Assembly (NCBI GenBank): GCA_963817895.1
Contig: CAWFQB010000005.1
Coordinates: 192,001-256,000 of the forward strand
DNA: 64,000 nt
Direction: 5' to 3'
DNA from: an uncultured Chthonomonadaceae bacterium
Lineage (GTDB): Bacteria; Armatimonadota; Chthonomonadetes; Chthonomonadales; Chthonomonadaceae
In this document: piece by piece, positions 1 through 10,701 of the stretch
Position numbering within the stretch: position 1 is the stretch's first letter
How the letters are laid out: every line of letters starts with the position of its first letter
Translations under genes and position numbers: made by a program
Notes under the pieces: model-generated
Database searches by the model: none
What the model was told of the DNA's origin: nothing
What the model saw: the letters and a program-made list of their open reading frames with translations, nothing else

Positions 1-303
1 CGGTTTGGGGCAGGCGGCAATCGCGGCGAACATGCGCTGTAGGTTGGCCGCGTCCGCCCGGTTTTCTTCCTCCGAATAATCGGCCATGCGCCGCATCCAG
101 TGTAAATCCGCGCCCGCGCAGAACGACTCGCCCGCCCCCCGCAATACAATCGCCCTGACGCCGGTATCGTCGCTCAACCGTTCAAAGCAGGCGGTTATCT
201 CTCCTATCAATGTCTCATCAAAAGCGTTATGTGCCTGCGGACGGTTCAGCGTTATGGTTGCAATTGGGTTGTTTTGTTCTACGAGCAAACAGTCATTAGT
301 CAT
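1..303 (-). CDS. Enoyl-CoA hydratase/crotonase family, probable methylglutaconyl-CoA hydratase (runs off window edge)
   Basis: Hand translation from ATG at 303: MTNDCLLVEQNNPIATITLNRPQAHNAFDE...GAGESFCAGADL (crotonase motifs). Lies downstream of the MCC beta subunit. Confidence 0.85.
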   Translation of the reverse strand, partial: MTNDCLLVEQNNPIATITLNRPQAHNAFDETLIGEITACFERLSDDTGVRAIVLRGAGESFCAGADLHWMRRMADYSEEENRADAANLQRMFAAIAACPKP

Positions 304-315
304 ATCTTCTCGCAT

Positions 316-465
316 TGTCTTGAACCATGATTAGGCATGATTTTAATGATTAACATGATGTTGCGCTATTGGACGTGTAATTGTTCTGATTAGAGATAAA
401 GAGCAGTCGCGCGCTTCCTCAATCATGGTAATCACTAAAATTATGCCTAATCATGGTTCAAGACA
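316..465. repeat. Intergenic inverted repeat with 44-bp arms
   Basis: 316-359 is the reverse complement of 422-465 with 3 mismatches. Arms contain recurring (C)ATGATT units. Confidence 0.9.
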
Positions 466-468
466 TTC

Positions 469-2078
469 CTACATCCTGAAGACGCCGAACTTTGTGTCGG
501 GAAGGGGCGCATGGTACGCGGCGGCAATGCCCAACCCGATAGCCATGCGCGTGTCGAGCGGGTCGAGAATGCCGTCGTCCCACAGGCGGGCCGCGCTGAA
601 ATAGGGGCTGCCCTCCTGCTCGTAGGTTGCCACCGTGGGACGCTTGAATTCTTCCTGTTCTGCGGGCGTCATGGTTTCGCCCCGCGCTTCTAGTTGGTCT
701 TGTTTTACGGTCAGCAGGACGCCCGCCGCCTGTTCGCCGCCCATGACGGAGATACGCGCATTGGGCCACATCCACAGTTGGCGCGGGCTGAACGCGCGCC
801 CGCACATGCCGTAATTGCCCGCCCCGAACGAGCCGCCGATGATGACGGTGAATTTGGGAACGCGGGCATTCGCGACCGCCATCACCAGTTTCGCGCCGTG
901 TTTGGCGATTCCCTCTTGCTCCACTTTCTGCCCGACCATGAAGCCCGTGATGTTCTGCAAAAAGACGAGGGGGATTTTGCGCTGGCAGCAGATTTCGATG
1001 AAGTGCGCCCCTTTTAACGCGCTTTCGGAAAACAAGACGCCGTTGTTGGCAAGCATCCCGACGGGAAAACCCATCCACCGCGCCCACCCGCAGACCAATG
1101 TGGCGCCATAGCGCGGCTTGAACTCATGGAAGCGGCTGCCGTCCACCAGCCGCGCAATGATTTCGCGGGCATCGAACGGCTGCCGCAAATCGCGGGGCAA
1201 AATGCCGTAGATTTCTTCGGGAGGATAAAGCGGTTCTTCGGGCGGGGTCATGTCGGGAACATCGGGCCGGGGCAGGTTCAGCGTTTCCACCATTTCACGG
1301 ACAATGCGCAGCGCATCGGCTTCGTCTTCGGCATAGTAGTCCGCCACGCCGCTCAAGTCGCGTATGCATATCCGCGCCGCCCAATTCTTCCGCCGTGACC
1401 ACTTCGCCCGTTGCGGCTTTGACGAGCGGCGGGCCTGCCAGAAAGATGGTTCCCGCGCCCTTAACGATCACGGTCTGATCGGACATGGCAGGCACATACG
1501 CCCCACCTGCCGTGCAGCTTCCCAACACAGCGGCGAGTTGCGGAATTCCCTGCGCCGACATTTGCGCCTGATTGTAGAAAATCCGCCCGAAGTGGTCGCG
1601 GTCGGGAAACACTTCCGATTGCAGGGGCAGGTACGCGCCGCCCGAATCCACCAGATAGATGCAGGGCAGGCGGTTTTGTTCGCGCGATCTCCTGCGCCCG
1701 CAGATGCTTCTTTACCGTAAGCGGAAAATACGTGCCGCCCTTCACCGTCGCGTCATTGGCGACAAGAACGCAGGGCTGCCCGTGTATCGCGCCGATCCCC
1801 GTAACAATTCCCGCCCCCGGCGCTTCCCCGTCATACAGGCCATGCGCGGCAAGCGGGCTGAATTCCAGAAACGGCGCGCCGGGATCAAGCAGGGCGTCAA
1901 TCCGTTCGCGGGGAAGACGCTTTCCTCTTGCGCGGTGTTTGGCAACGGCCTGTTCGCCGCCCCCCTGCTTCACGTTGGCAAGGTGGACGCGCAGTTCCGC
2001 TACCAGAGCGCGGTGATGCGCCTGATTGTCGCGAAAACCCGGCGCGGAAGTATCTACCTGCGTTTCCAGTATTTCCAA
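469..2078 (-). CDS. Methylcrotonyl-CoA/acyl-CoA carboxylase carboxyltransferase (beta) subunit, split by 2 apparent frameshifts
   Basis: Three ORF pieces carry [29 protein letters not shown] and [26 protein letters not shown] start at 2078 is inferred. Confidence 0.9.
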
Positions 2079-2308
2079 GCGTTCCTGCCTTTCCGCGCCC
2101 CGGCAAAGATTGTGTCGCAGAGCAGTAGAGAATTCAAGCATACACAGGAGGAAATCCTCCTGTATAACGAATAACTGCCCATGAGAATTATGCGGGGAGG
2201 CCGGGGTATCTGACGTATTCGCTAATCCCCGCGTGGCGAATAAGCTCTTTAACCCGGCCCCTCACCCAAAATTGGGAAGAGGGGCTTTTCAACGCGGAGG
2301 CGCATTTT

Positions 2309-3425
2309 ATGTCCCCAATTACTCTTTCCAATCTCTGGCAGAAACGCTTTACCAGTGAGCGGACGCGCCTGCTTGCCGCATTGGGCGAACTGACGGACGG
2401 CGGCGTTGTGGAAGCCTTGCAGCCGATTAGCGCGGCGAGTTTTGAAACCGGGGCAAAAGCAACGAACGCAGATACCCAAACGCGGCTGGACATTGGGCTT
2501 GCCGTGTGGCCGTTTCCGCCGGAAGCGCGCGAAAGGGCCGCGTTACAGACGCTTGGCTACGCGCCCGTTTCCGGCTACGAGGCCGCGCCCGAACAGCGGT
2601 TTCAACACAACACGCTTCCGTTTCAGTTGTTCCTCGTCGAAGCGGGCGGTGAAAAATGGACGGACTGGCTTGTGCTGCGGGATTACCTACGCGCCAACGG
2701 GGAAGCGCGTAACCGCTATTTCACGGTCAAACGCGATATTGCCATGCGGCGCTACTTCAGTGAGGAGGGCAGGGCGCGAGCCAAAACAGAGTTGTTTTCG
2801 GAAATCTTGCAGGTTGCGCGGCAATGGTGGATAGAAACAAAAGGGTTTGCCCCGCTGCTGGAAGTGTCTCAGGAACTGGAAGGGTTTACGGGCGCGTGGC
2901 ACATCGCGGGCGGGTGGGCAATTGACTGCTTTTTGGGCCGAACCACGCGCGTTCACCACGATATTGACATCCTCATTGCCCGAAGCGATCAACTCGCCGC
3001 GCAGGAACACATGCACAGCCAAAATTGGAAGTGGGTCGCGCCCCATGACAACAGATTGGAATTCTGGCAACCCGGCCTGTTTCTGGAACCGCCGCGCCAT
3101 CAGGCCCACGCGCACCGCAACGACCAAATGCGGGACTTTCTGCTCGGAGAGATAGCAGACGGCGTGTGGAAATTCCGCCGCAATCCGAACATCCTGCGGA
3201 CAACCGAACAAATTTTCCTGCGTACCGATACCGGCATCCCCTACATCGCGCCCGAAATCGCGCTGCTGTACAAAAGCCGGTCAGGAAAATCGGGAATACG
3301 CGACCGGGATCAGGCCGACTTCGACCAAACGCATATCCATCTGAAATCCTGAACAGCGGGCATGGCTGCGCTGGGCGCTCACTGTCACCGACCCACAGCA
3401 TATATGGCTGCCCTCGCTGGAGTAG
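2309..3425 (+). CDS. GrpB-like domain fused to aminoglycoside/lincosamide nucleotidyltransferase-like domain
   Basis: N-terminal DIGLAV...LRDYLRAN..R..Y..VK (GrpB-like). C-terminal WHIAGGWAIDCFLGRTTRVHHDIDI, APEIALLYK, RDQADF. A frameshift near 3345 extends the ORF to TAG 3425. Confidence 0.7.
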
Positions 3426-3489
3426 CCTGTGGTGTTGTCGTGCCGCCCGTCTGGATGAGGCGTTGTTAATAATCCTGAAAGGAACAACC

Positions 3490-3855
3490 ATGCAGAAAGT
3501 CACGATTACGGAGAAGTTGGCGCAATTTACTGATCACTGGCAGCCGCGCATTGTTGGGGAACTCAACGGGCAGCACGTCAAATTGGTGAAATTTCAGGGC
3601 GAGTTCGTGTGGCACAAGCACGACAACGAGGACGAGATGTTTCTTGTCATCAGCGGGCGGTTCCGCATGGAATTGCGTGACCGGGAGGCCATTGAACTGA
3701 ACGCGGGCGAGTTCCTTGTCGTGCCGCGCGGCGTGGAGCATCGTCCCGTCGCGCTCGAAGAAGTCGCCGTAATGCTGTTTGAACCCGCCGGAACGCTCAA
3801 CACGGGCAACGCGCCCGCCAACGAACGGACTGTCCGCCAACCCGAAACTCTCTAA
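3490..3855 (+). CDS. Cupin domain protein
   Basis: FVWHKHDNEDEMFLVISG...VPRGVEHRP cupin motifs. Confidence 0.9.
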   Translation: MQKVTITEKLAQFTDHWQPRIVGELNGQHVKLVKFQGEFVWHKHDNEDEMFLVISGRFRMELRDREAIELNAGEFLVVPRGVEHRPVALEEVAVMLFEPAGTLNTGNAPANERTVRQPETL

Positions 3856-3891
3856 AATTGCGGTGTTATGGCTTGAGTTTATGAGGTTGAT

Positions 3892-4764
3892 ATGGACAGC
3901 AACACCGATTCAAAAGTAGATGCACCGCAGATCATCCGGCGTATGGGAAGTGAGGATGCGCGGGAACGCGGCGAGGCGCAGCGGGAACTGCAACAGTGTG
4001 GGTTGAACACCATCGAAGCCCTGTTTGCGCTGCTCAACGCGGAACATCAGCGTCGGCGTAAAATGCGGCGCGTCATTGAAGTCGGCAAATACGCGGTGTG
4101 CGGCGCGCTTTTTGCTCTGTATGCGGTTTTGTTCAGGCATCTCCCTTCCGTCAGCATGGCGGTAATTCTTACCATCCTCAACGATTTTGTCTGTACCACT
4201 CTGTCTATGCGCAAAACCCGCGCTTTTCAGCGCGGCATGACCGTTGCTTTGTCGCAATTCGATCATCTCTCGCTGGTCGGGCCGTTGCTTGACATGTACT
4301 ACTCAGGGGAGAGAGAGTTGGTAAAATCCACGCTGACTCGCCTGCTGCCGCAACTTCAAGCGACGGACGCGGCAAAACTAAACGCCCATCAGCGCGAACG
4401 TTTGTATCGTCAATTAGATATGTGCGACAGCCGTTTGCTTTACAAAGCTGCCAACATTGAGTTTATACTCGCCATTCTCAAATCTCTGGAACAAATCGGG
4501 GATGAAAAAGCATTGGCGCATGTCGAGCCGCTTGCTCGTAAAGCCAGAAACGCGCGCATACGCGAGGCCGCGCAAAACTGCCTGCCTTACCTGCAAGCGC
4601 GGAACGAGCAGGAACGCGCCCGAATGAACCTGCTGCGTTCTGCCGATGCGGCAAACAGGCCAGAAGAGCTTATGCGCCCCGTCTCTTACAACGTAGACGA
4701 CAATGCCGCGCAGCTTCTCCGCGTCTCTATCCCGAACGAAGCAAGCAGTCACGAGCAGCCCTGA
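3892..4764 (+). CDS. HEAT-repeat membrane protein, hypothetical
   Basis: Two hydrophobic segments; ILKSLEQIGDEKALAHVEPLA HEAT-like repeat. Confidence 0.6.
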   Translation: MDSNTDSKVDAPQIIRRMGSEDARERGEAQRELQQCGLNTIEALFALLNAEHQRRRKMRRVIEVGKYAVCGALFALYAVLFRHLPSVSMAVILTILNDFVCTTLSMRKTRAFQRGMTVALSQFDHLSLVGPLLDMYYSGERELVKSTLTRLLPQLQATDAAKLNAHQRERLYRQLDMCDSRLLYKAANIEFILAILKSLEQIGDEKALAHVEPLARKARNARIREAAQNCLPYLQARNEQERARMNLLRSADAANRPEELMRPVSYNVDDNAAQLLRVSIPNEASSHEQP

Positions 4765-4888
4765 GCCAATATCCTGTCAGCGTGTTTATCTCTAGAAATT
4801 ATGTGTTGCACACCCTCTATGACATAAAAAGCCCCTCTCCTAGCGCGTTGCGCGACAAGGAGAGGGGTTGGGGTGAGGTAGAAAAACG

Positions 4889-5788
4889 CTACTTCGCTGC
4901 CACGGTGTTCGTCAATGTGCCTAAACCGGAAATGGTGACGCTCATGGTATCTCCCGCTTTGAGGAAGACGGGCGGGTTACTGTACACGCCCACGCCGCCG
5001 GGTGTGCCTGTGGAGAGAATATCGCCCGGGCGCAGGGTCATGGTTTGCGACAGGTAGGAGATCAGGAACGGGATTTTGAAGATCAGGTTGGACGTATTGG
5101 ATTTTTGCCGCGTTTCGCCGTTCAGCGTGAGAGAAATATCCAGATTGTGCGGGTCGGGAATTTCATCGGCTGTTACCAGATACGGGCCGATGGGAAAGAA
5201 CGTATCGGGAGATTTGCCCCGCACCCATTGCCCGTCGCCCTTTTGAATGTCGCGGGCCGTCACGTCGTTGGCGCACAGATACCCGGCAACATGGTTGAGC
5301 GCGTCCGCTTCGGCAATGTCACTGCCGCCCCCGCCCGCGCCGCCAATCACGACCGCCAGTTCCGCCTCGTAATCGTTCATGTCCGAGATTTTCGGCAGTT
5401 TGATAACGCCGTTGGGCTGGTTGATGGTGTTGCTGTATTTGGCGAACAGAATGGCGCGTTCGGGAATCGGTTGGTTCTGCTCTTCGCAGTGGTCGCGATA
5501 GTTCTGCCCGATGCACATAATTTTGCCCGGATCGCCCACCGGAGCCAGCAGTGTCACCGCGCTCAGGGGCAGTTTCAAATTGTCCCCGGCTTCCGCCACC
5601 ACGCGCTTCGCGTCCTCGATGCCCTCCTGCCCCCGCGCCAGAAACCCCGACATGGACAAAGGGAATCGGTGCGCCGTATTCCCGATATGACTGGTCACTT
5701 CCGATGCCGTCAGGTTGACGACCGTATTCTCATCTGACAGGGCGCCCAGCAAATCCACGCCCTGATATTCAAATCGAATCAATTTCAT
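4889..5788 (-). CDS. Fumarylacetoacetate hydrolase family protein
   Basis: KIMCIGQNYRDH, DYEAELAVVIG, NDVTARD, GDILSTGTPGGVG. Confidence 0.92.
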   Translation of the reverse strand: MKLIRFEYQGVDLLGALSDENTVVNLTASEVTSHIGNTAHRFPLSMSGFLARGQEGIEDAKRVVAEAGDNLKLPLSAVTLLAPVGDPGKIMCIGQNYRDHCEEQNQPIPERAILFAKYSNTINQPNGVIKLPKISDMNDYEAELAVVIGGAGGGGSDIAEADALNHVAGYLCANDVTARDIQKGDGQWVRGKSPDTFFPIGPYLVTADEIPDPHNLDISLTLNGETRQKSNTSNLIFKIPFLISYLSQTMTLRPGDILSTGTPGGVGVYSNPPVFLKAGDTMSVTISGLGTLTNTVAAK

Positions 5789-6104
5789 TGTTGTCTGCTC
5801 CTTTGAAGTTAAATATGCCGCGCTTCCGGCAGGCATGTTCGCGTTTTCCTGCCGCTTTCCCTTCCTGAATGTTAAAAGCAATTTAGCCGCGAATGAACGC
5901 GAATAAACGCGAATGGGAAGAAGCGGGGAAGAGGGAAAAGGAAAAGAGAAGAGGCAATGCGTAATCGAAAATCGAAAATCGTCAATCCTGTAAAAGATGG
6001 GACTGGTTCCTGTCGCAATTGGGACTTTGGGCGGATGTGAATGGCAGCAGGACAGGTTATAATGAGGCAGGAATACGGAGTAGAAAACGGGAAGGATAGG
6101 GGAC

Positions 6105-7040
6105 ATGACGCAATCAACGCGCAATTCGCATCAACCGAATATATCACGGGAACCACTCGATGTAATTTTGCCTGCCGGAGGGCGCATCACGGGCGAGTTC
6201 GCGCAAATGGCGGGTACGGACATCAAGGCGCTGATCGAATTCAACGGGCAGACGATTTTACGCCGCGCCATACTCACGCTTCGCGCCACCAACCGCGTCG
6301 GGCGCATCGCCGTTATCGGCCCTGAACCCGTCATGACCGAAGCGCGGGAATGTGGCGCGGAGTTGCTATTGCCCGAAGGCGACAGCGGCCCTGATAATAT
6401 TCTGCGCGGGTTGCATGGGTTACAGGGAACAGGAGAGATACGAGATACGAGATACGAGATACGAGAAGAGGAGGGTTCATCCTTCATCCTTCATCCTTCA
6501 TCCTTTGCCAAAGTCCTTATTCTAACGACGGATTTACCGTTCCTGACGGCGGACACGCTGACGGCGTTTCTGGATGCCTGCCCGCCAGACGCGGATATTG
6601 CGGTTCCTATTATGACCGAGCCGGAATTTAACGGGCGTTTTCCGGGTACGCAAAATGAATATGTTCGGCTGCGGGATGGCGGGTATACTTTGGGCTGCGC
6701 GTTTGTCTTGAACGGCGAAATCCTGCTGCGCAACGAGGCGCATCTACGCGCGCTGTTCGCGGCCCGCAAAAACCAGTGGCAAATGGCGCGGCTAATCGGA
6801 TTCGGAACCATACTGAAGTTCGCCACCCGACGGCTGACCGTAGAGGAATTGGAAACGCGGGCGAGCGCGATTGCCGGATGCAGGGGCGTTGCCGTTCGCC
6901 ATTCTCCGCCCGAACTGGCCTACGATATTGACCTGCCCGCCGAATACGAATATGCCCGCCAACAGGCCGCTAAGAGAGCGCAGCCCGATTTAGCCATTGC
7001 CGCGCCCACTCTTGAGGGCGTTCAGGAGATACCCCGATGA
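6105..7040 (+). CDS. MobA-like NTP-transferase family protein with in-frame repeat insertion
   Basis: ILPAGG..KALIEFNG, TTDLPF, YDID motifs; insert at 6423-6505. Confidence 0.8.
   Translation: MTQSTRNSHQPNISREPLDVILPAGGRITGEFAQMAGTDIKALIEFNGQTILRRAILTLRATNRVGRIAVIGPEPVMTEARECGAELLLPEGDSGPDNILRGLHGLQGTGEIRDTRYEIREEEGSSFILHPSSFAKVLILTTDLPFLTADTLTAFLDACPPDADIAVPIMTEPEFNGRFPGTQNEYVRLRDGGYTLGCAFVLNGEILLRNEAHLRALFAARKNQWQMARLIGFGTILKFATRRLTVEELETRASAIAGCRGVAVRHSPPELAYDIDLPAEYEYARQQAAKRAQPDLAIAAPTLEGVQEIPR
6436..6503 (+). repeat. Intragenic module (AGATACG)4-N12-(TTCATCC)4, copy 1
   Basis: Read directly; translates [24 protein letters not shown]. Confidence 0.95.
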
Positions 7041-8374
7041 GTGTTCCGCCCGAAGAGCAACGGCAAGCCGCCACACCCGAAGAACCTCCGTTTGGAAATG
7101 CCGAAGTAACGGAAGAAGCCCCTCCCCTGCCGTCCGGCGAGTTCACTGCCAGAACCCTGTTGTACAGCCTTGCCAATCTCGGCTACGGCATGTTCTTCGC
7201 GCTCAACAACTACGTGCTGACGCTGTATTTGCAGCATTTGGGCGCGGGCGGCGTTCTCATCGGGCTGATGGGCAGTTCTCATTCCATTGAGGGCGCGGTA
7301 ATTCAGCCGATTATCGGCGCGGCAAGCGACCGCCTGCGCACAAAATGGGGGCGTCGTCGTCCGTTTATACTGCTGTTCACGCCCATTTCCGCGCTGTTTT
7401 TGCTGCTCACGCCTTACGCCAGTCACCTTCCGACGCAGCCGCATGTGTTGGGCGCGCCCCTGTATTTAGCCGTTGTTGTCGTGTGCGTGTTTCTGTTCAC
7501 GATTGCCTTTAACGTCGCGCAAGACCCCTATCAGGCGTTGATGCCCGACATTATACCCAAACCGCAACGGGGGCGGGCGGCGGGAATATGGGCGTTCATC
7601 GGCGTCATCGGGCAGGCGTTGCTGCTGCTGCTGCCCATGCCCGCGTATCAGAAATTCGGGCTTTGCGCGGTTGTGATGCTGATAACGACCCTGCTGACAT
7701 GCTGGCAAACGCGGGAACCGAACCTGCCGCCGGAACCACACAAACTCGGAGCCTACGCGCAAATCGCGGTTGCGCTCAACGGTCTGCAAACGCTGCGGCA
7801 GGCGCGAAAATCGCTGCTCACCCTGTTCTTTTCCGGGCTGGGCATCGGGGCCGTGCTGCCGTTTCTAACCGTTTTTGTGGTTGCCATCACCAAATGCTCG
7901 GATCAGGAGGCGCAAAAAATGGCGCTGGTTCTGATGGTTGCCACCGCTATTTTCGTTCTGCCATTCGGCTGGCTGTGCGACCGCATTGGCCCCAAGCGCG
8001 TGTTGATGATCGGATTGGCCTTGATTGTGGTTGCCGCTTTGAACGGGCTTTGGGTACATACATTGCCGCAGATAGCCGCGATTCTGGCGATTGCCGGGAT
8101 GGGCAACGCGGCGCAATCGGCCTCGGCGTATCCCCTGCTGACGCGACTTGTGCCTCGTGACGAAGTAGGGTTTTATACCGGGCTGCAATCCACCGCGCTT
8201 TCTATAGCGCAGCCTGCAACGGCTGTGATTACCGGAATATTGGTGGACAGGGGCGGGTATCGCTGGATATTCGCGGTTTGCGGGGTCAGCATCGGCATCG
8301 CCCTGTTCGTGCTGTCACTGGTAAAAGTGGAACAGGCCGCGCAGGAAGTGCGCGTTCGCGAGGGGGAACACTGA
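7037..8374 (+). CDS. MFS transporter (GPH/sugar-symporter-like)
   Basis: About 12 hydrophobic segments; GAASDRLRTKWGRRRPF motif; ATGA overlap with the upstream gene. Confidence 0.85.
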   Translation: MSVPPEEQRQAATPEEPPFGNAEVTEEAPPLPSGEFTARTLLYSLANLGYGMFFALNNYVLTLYLQHLGAGGVLIGLMGSSHSIEGAVIQPIIGAASDRLRTKWGRRRPFILLFTPISALFLLLTPYASHLPTQPHVLGAPLYLAVVVVCVFLFTIAFNVAQDPYQALMPDIIPKPQRGRAAGIWAFIGVIGQALLLLLPMPAYQKFGLCAVVMLITTLLTCWQTREPNLPPEPHKLGAYAQIAVALNGLQTLRQARKSLLTLFFSGLGIGAVLPFLTVFVVAITKCSDQEAQKMALVLMVATAIFVLPFGWLCDRIGPKRVLMIGLALIVVAALNGLWVHTLPQIAAILAIAGMGNAAQSASAYPLLTRLVPRDEVGFYTGLQSTALSIAQPATAVITGILVDRGGYRWIFAVCGVSIGIALFVLSLVKVEQAAQEVRVREGEH

Positions 8375-9321
8375 TGGCGAAACGCGCCCTGAGCGCCCTT
8401 GTCGGCGTCTGCATTTTTCTTGGATTGTGCTTCGGCGGGCTGCTGCCGTTTACGATTGGCGCAACGGTGGTGGCACTGTTGGCATCGTGGGAGTGGATCG
8501 CGGCGTATGGCAAAGCGCGGCAAGCAGAGGCTACTCCCGGTTACGCCCCGCGCCTGCCCGCCCTGCAAAATGGCGTCAATATTCTGCTTACCTGCGCGGG
8601 CGTAGCGATTCCGTTTCTGGCGTATGCCGCGCAGCAAAAAAATAATGGACTTGGCAAGTGGTCTTTAGCGGACGGCCTGAACGCCTTCGCCCTGTTCGCG
8701 CCCGTGCTGTGGTTTGCCATGCGAACCCGCCTCGCCGCCCACACGGGTAAAGCGTTGGGCTACATGCGCCAATGGTACGGACTGGTCGGCTTTGTGTACA
8801 TCGGCCTGCTGATGAGCAGCCTTGTGTGGATGCGCGGCCTCAGTTTCCACTACGCGCAAACCAGCGATCTCGTGTCCTTCAACCTGCTCAACGTTGTCCC
8901 GTTCGGCCTGACGGAAGTGGGCGCGTGGCTGATGCTGTTCGTCGCCGTGTGCGTGTGGGCGACGGATACGGGCGCGTACCTGTTCGGCAAACGCTTCGGC
9001 AGGCGCAAGCTCGCGCCCACGCTGTCACCCGGCAAAACCGTTGAGGGTTCCCTCGGCGGAATCGCGCTGGCGCTATTAACAAGCGCCCTCTTCGGCGCGT
9101 GGATACATCTTCCCCTCGGCCACAGCCTCGTCATCGGCGCGATTGCGGGCATCATGGGGCAGTGGGGCGACCTGTTTGAGTCCGCTCTGAAACGCGAACT
9201 CGGCCTCAAAGACTTCGGCAACATCATGCCCGGACACGGGGGGGTTTTAGATCGCTTCGACAGCCTGCTCTTCGTCACCCCGCTCGCCTACTGCTACCTG
9301 CACTTCCTCGCGGGCTTTTGA
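8374..9321 (+). CDS. cdsA: Phosphatidate cytidylyltransferase
   Basis: DTGAY.FGK.FG.RKLAPTLSPGKTVEG; GDLFESALKRELGLKDFGNIMPGHGGVLDRFDS signature. Confidence 0.93.
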   Translation: MAKRALSALVGVCIFLGLCFGGLLPFTIGATVVALLASWEWIAAYGKARQAEATPGYAPRLPALQNGVNILLTCAGVAIPFLAYAAQQKNNGLGKWSLADGLNAFALFAPVLWFAMRTRLAAHTGKALGYMRQWYGLVGFVYIGLLMSSLVWMRGLSFHYAQTSDLVSFNLLNVVPFGLTEVGAWLMLFVAVCVWATDTGAYLFGKRFGRRKLAPTLSPGKTVEGSLGGIALALLTSALFGAWIHLPLGHSLVIGAIAGIMGQWGDLFESALKRELGLKDFGNIMPGHGGVLDRFDSLLFVTPLAYCYLHFLAGF

Positions 9322-9325
9322 GGCA

Positions 9326-9511
9326 GAAGAGATTTCACCACCAAGACACAAAGAACACCAAGAAATACAAAGAAGAAAAAAATAAGAACATGCCACAAAT
9401 GCGGATTGCGCATAAAGATACCGAATACAGCGCAAGCGAACCGGTATTAGCAGGCTTCATACCTTCTTGTATTTCTTGGTGTTCTTTGTGTCTTGGTGGT
9501 GAAATCTCTTC
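9326..9511. repeat. Near-perfect ~49-bp inverted repeat between convergent genes (MITE/terminator-like)
   Basis: gaagagatttcaccaccaagacacaaag... at 9326-9376 pairs with ...ctttgtgtcttggtggtgaaatctcttc at 9463-9511. Confidence 0.9.
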
Positions 9512-9523
9512 CTGTTTGCCGGT

Positions 9524-10351
9524 TTACTCACGCATTATCTGGCGCAACGCGAGAACGCGGGCGGGGTCAACGGGGTTGGCGACCTGCCCGTCGTGTTTGA
9601 GGCTGGTTCCCACAATCGCGCCGTTCGCGTGGGCGAGCAATCCGGGCGCGGTTTGAACGTCGAAGCCGCTGCCGACAAGCACGGGCGTTTGGGGTACGGC
9701 CTGCTTGACGCGGCGAACGTCGTCCGAGGCGGTGGCGTGGCCGGTTGCGGTTCCGCTGACAATCAGGGCGTCGGCAAGCCCGCGCAGAACGGCGTCTTTC
9801 GCGGCGTCTTCCAGCGTGTTCGTTCCCAATTGCGCGGCATGTTTCACAAACACATCGGCCCACAGTTGAACATCGGCGCGGAGTTCTCGGCGGTACAGGT
9901 TGGCGGCTCGCGCCGCGCCCTCGATGATGCCCTGATCCGTGACCGCCGCGCCGACAAACACGTTGATACGGACAAACTGCGCGCGGCACACATGGGCAAT
10001 CGCAAGGGCGGCAAGGGCGTCGTTGCGCAGGGCGTTGACGCCAATCGGCAGATTTGTCGCGTCGCGCACAGACTGCACAGCGCGGGTCAGGGCGGCAATG
10101 GTATGCGGCGGCAGATGGTCTTTGGCGAACGGCGCGTCGAAGAAGTTTTCCACCATGATGGCGTTTGCGCCCCCGGCTTCCAATGCCTGCGCATCCGCGA
10201 CGGCGCGTTCCAGCAGCGCGTCCATCGGTTCGCCCGTATCGCGCGGACTTCCCGGCAACGCGCCCAGATGTACCATGCCAATCAGCGGCTTACGCTTCCA
10301 AAATTTGGCATCCAGAATCAATTCATGTCTTGAGTTTGTCATTTGCGGCAT
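9524..10351 (-). CDS. BtpA/SgcQ family protein
   Basis: IGMVHLGALPGSP, ENFFDAPF, GVNALRND, ADVFVKH, VSGTATG. Confidence 0.9.
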   Translation of the reverse strand: MPQMTNSRHELILDAKFWKRKPLIGMVHLGALPGSPRDTGEPMDALLERAVADAQALEAGGANAIMVENFFDAPFAKDHLPPHTIAALTRAVQSVRDATNLPIGVNALRNDALAALAIAHVCRAQFVRINVFVGAAVTDQGIIEGAARAANLYRRELRADVQLWADVFVKHAAQLGTNTLEDAAKDAVLRGLADALIVSGTATGHATASDDVRRVKQAVPQTPVLVGSGFDVQTAPGLLAHANGAIVGTSLKHDGQVANPVDPARVLALRQIMRE

Positions 10352-10365
10352 TCTGAAGGCGGCTG

Positions 10366-10701
10366 TTACGCGAGGGCGAACTCCGTGTAGTGACGGATGG
10401 GCGGATGATGAAAGCCAAGCACGATTTCAGAAGCCGGAATGCCCGCGTCGAGGAACATGCCCGGTATGTCTATGTCCGTGCCGTTATGTTCCAGATAAAT
10501 CTTGTCGTTGTAGATGTCGCAATGGAACAAAACGCCGTGGATGCGACGTTTGTTCTGCCAGCCGATTTGTATCAGTTCATAATGACCCTGAGCGTCATCA
10601 CAAACCATCTCCGTGCGGATATTCTCTTCCGGTGGAATCTGCGCGGCAATCAAGCAAACAGCCTGCCGAATTACTCCCCGGTACTTTTCTATTCTATCCA
10701 T
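10366..10701 (-). CDS. xisI: XisI family protein
   Basis: HYELIQIGWQNKRRIHG..HCDI..KIYLEHNGTD...GIPASEIVLGFH.P..R.YTEFA. Confidence 0.88.
   Translation of the reverse strand: MDRIEKYRGVIRQAVCLIAAQIPPEENIRTEMVCDDAQGHYELIQIGWQNKRRIHGVLFHCDIYNDKIYLEHNGTDIDIPGMFLDAGIPASEIVLGFHHPPIRHYTEFALA

Noticed and set aside
6436..6503. Repeat module as an intein or self-splicing intron
   Set aside because: Far too short, with no Cys/Ser...His-Asn intein ends and no group I/II structure.
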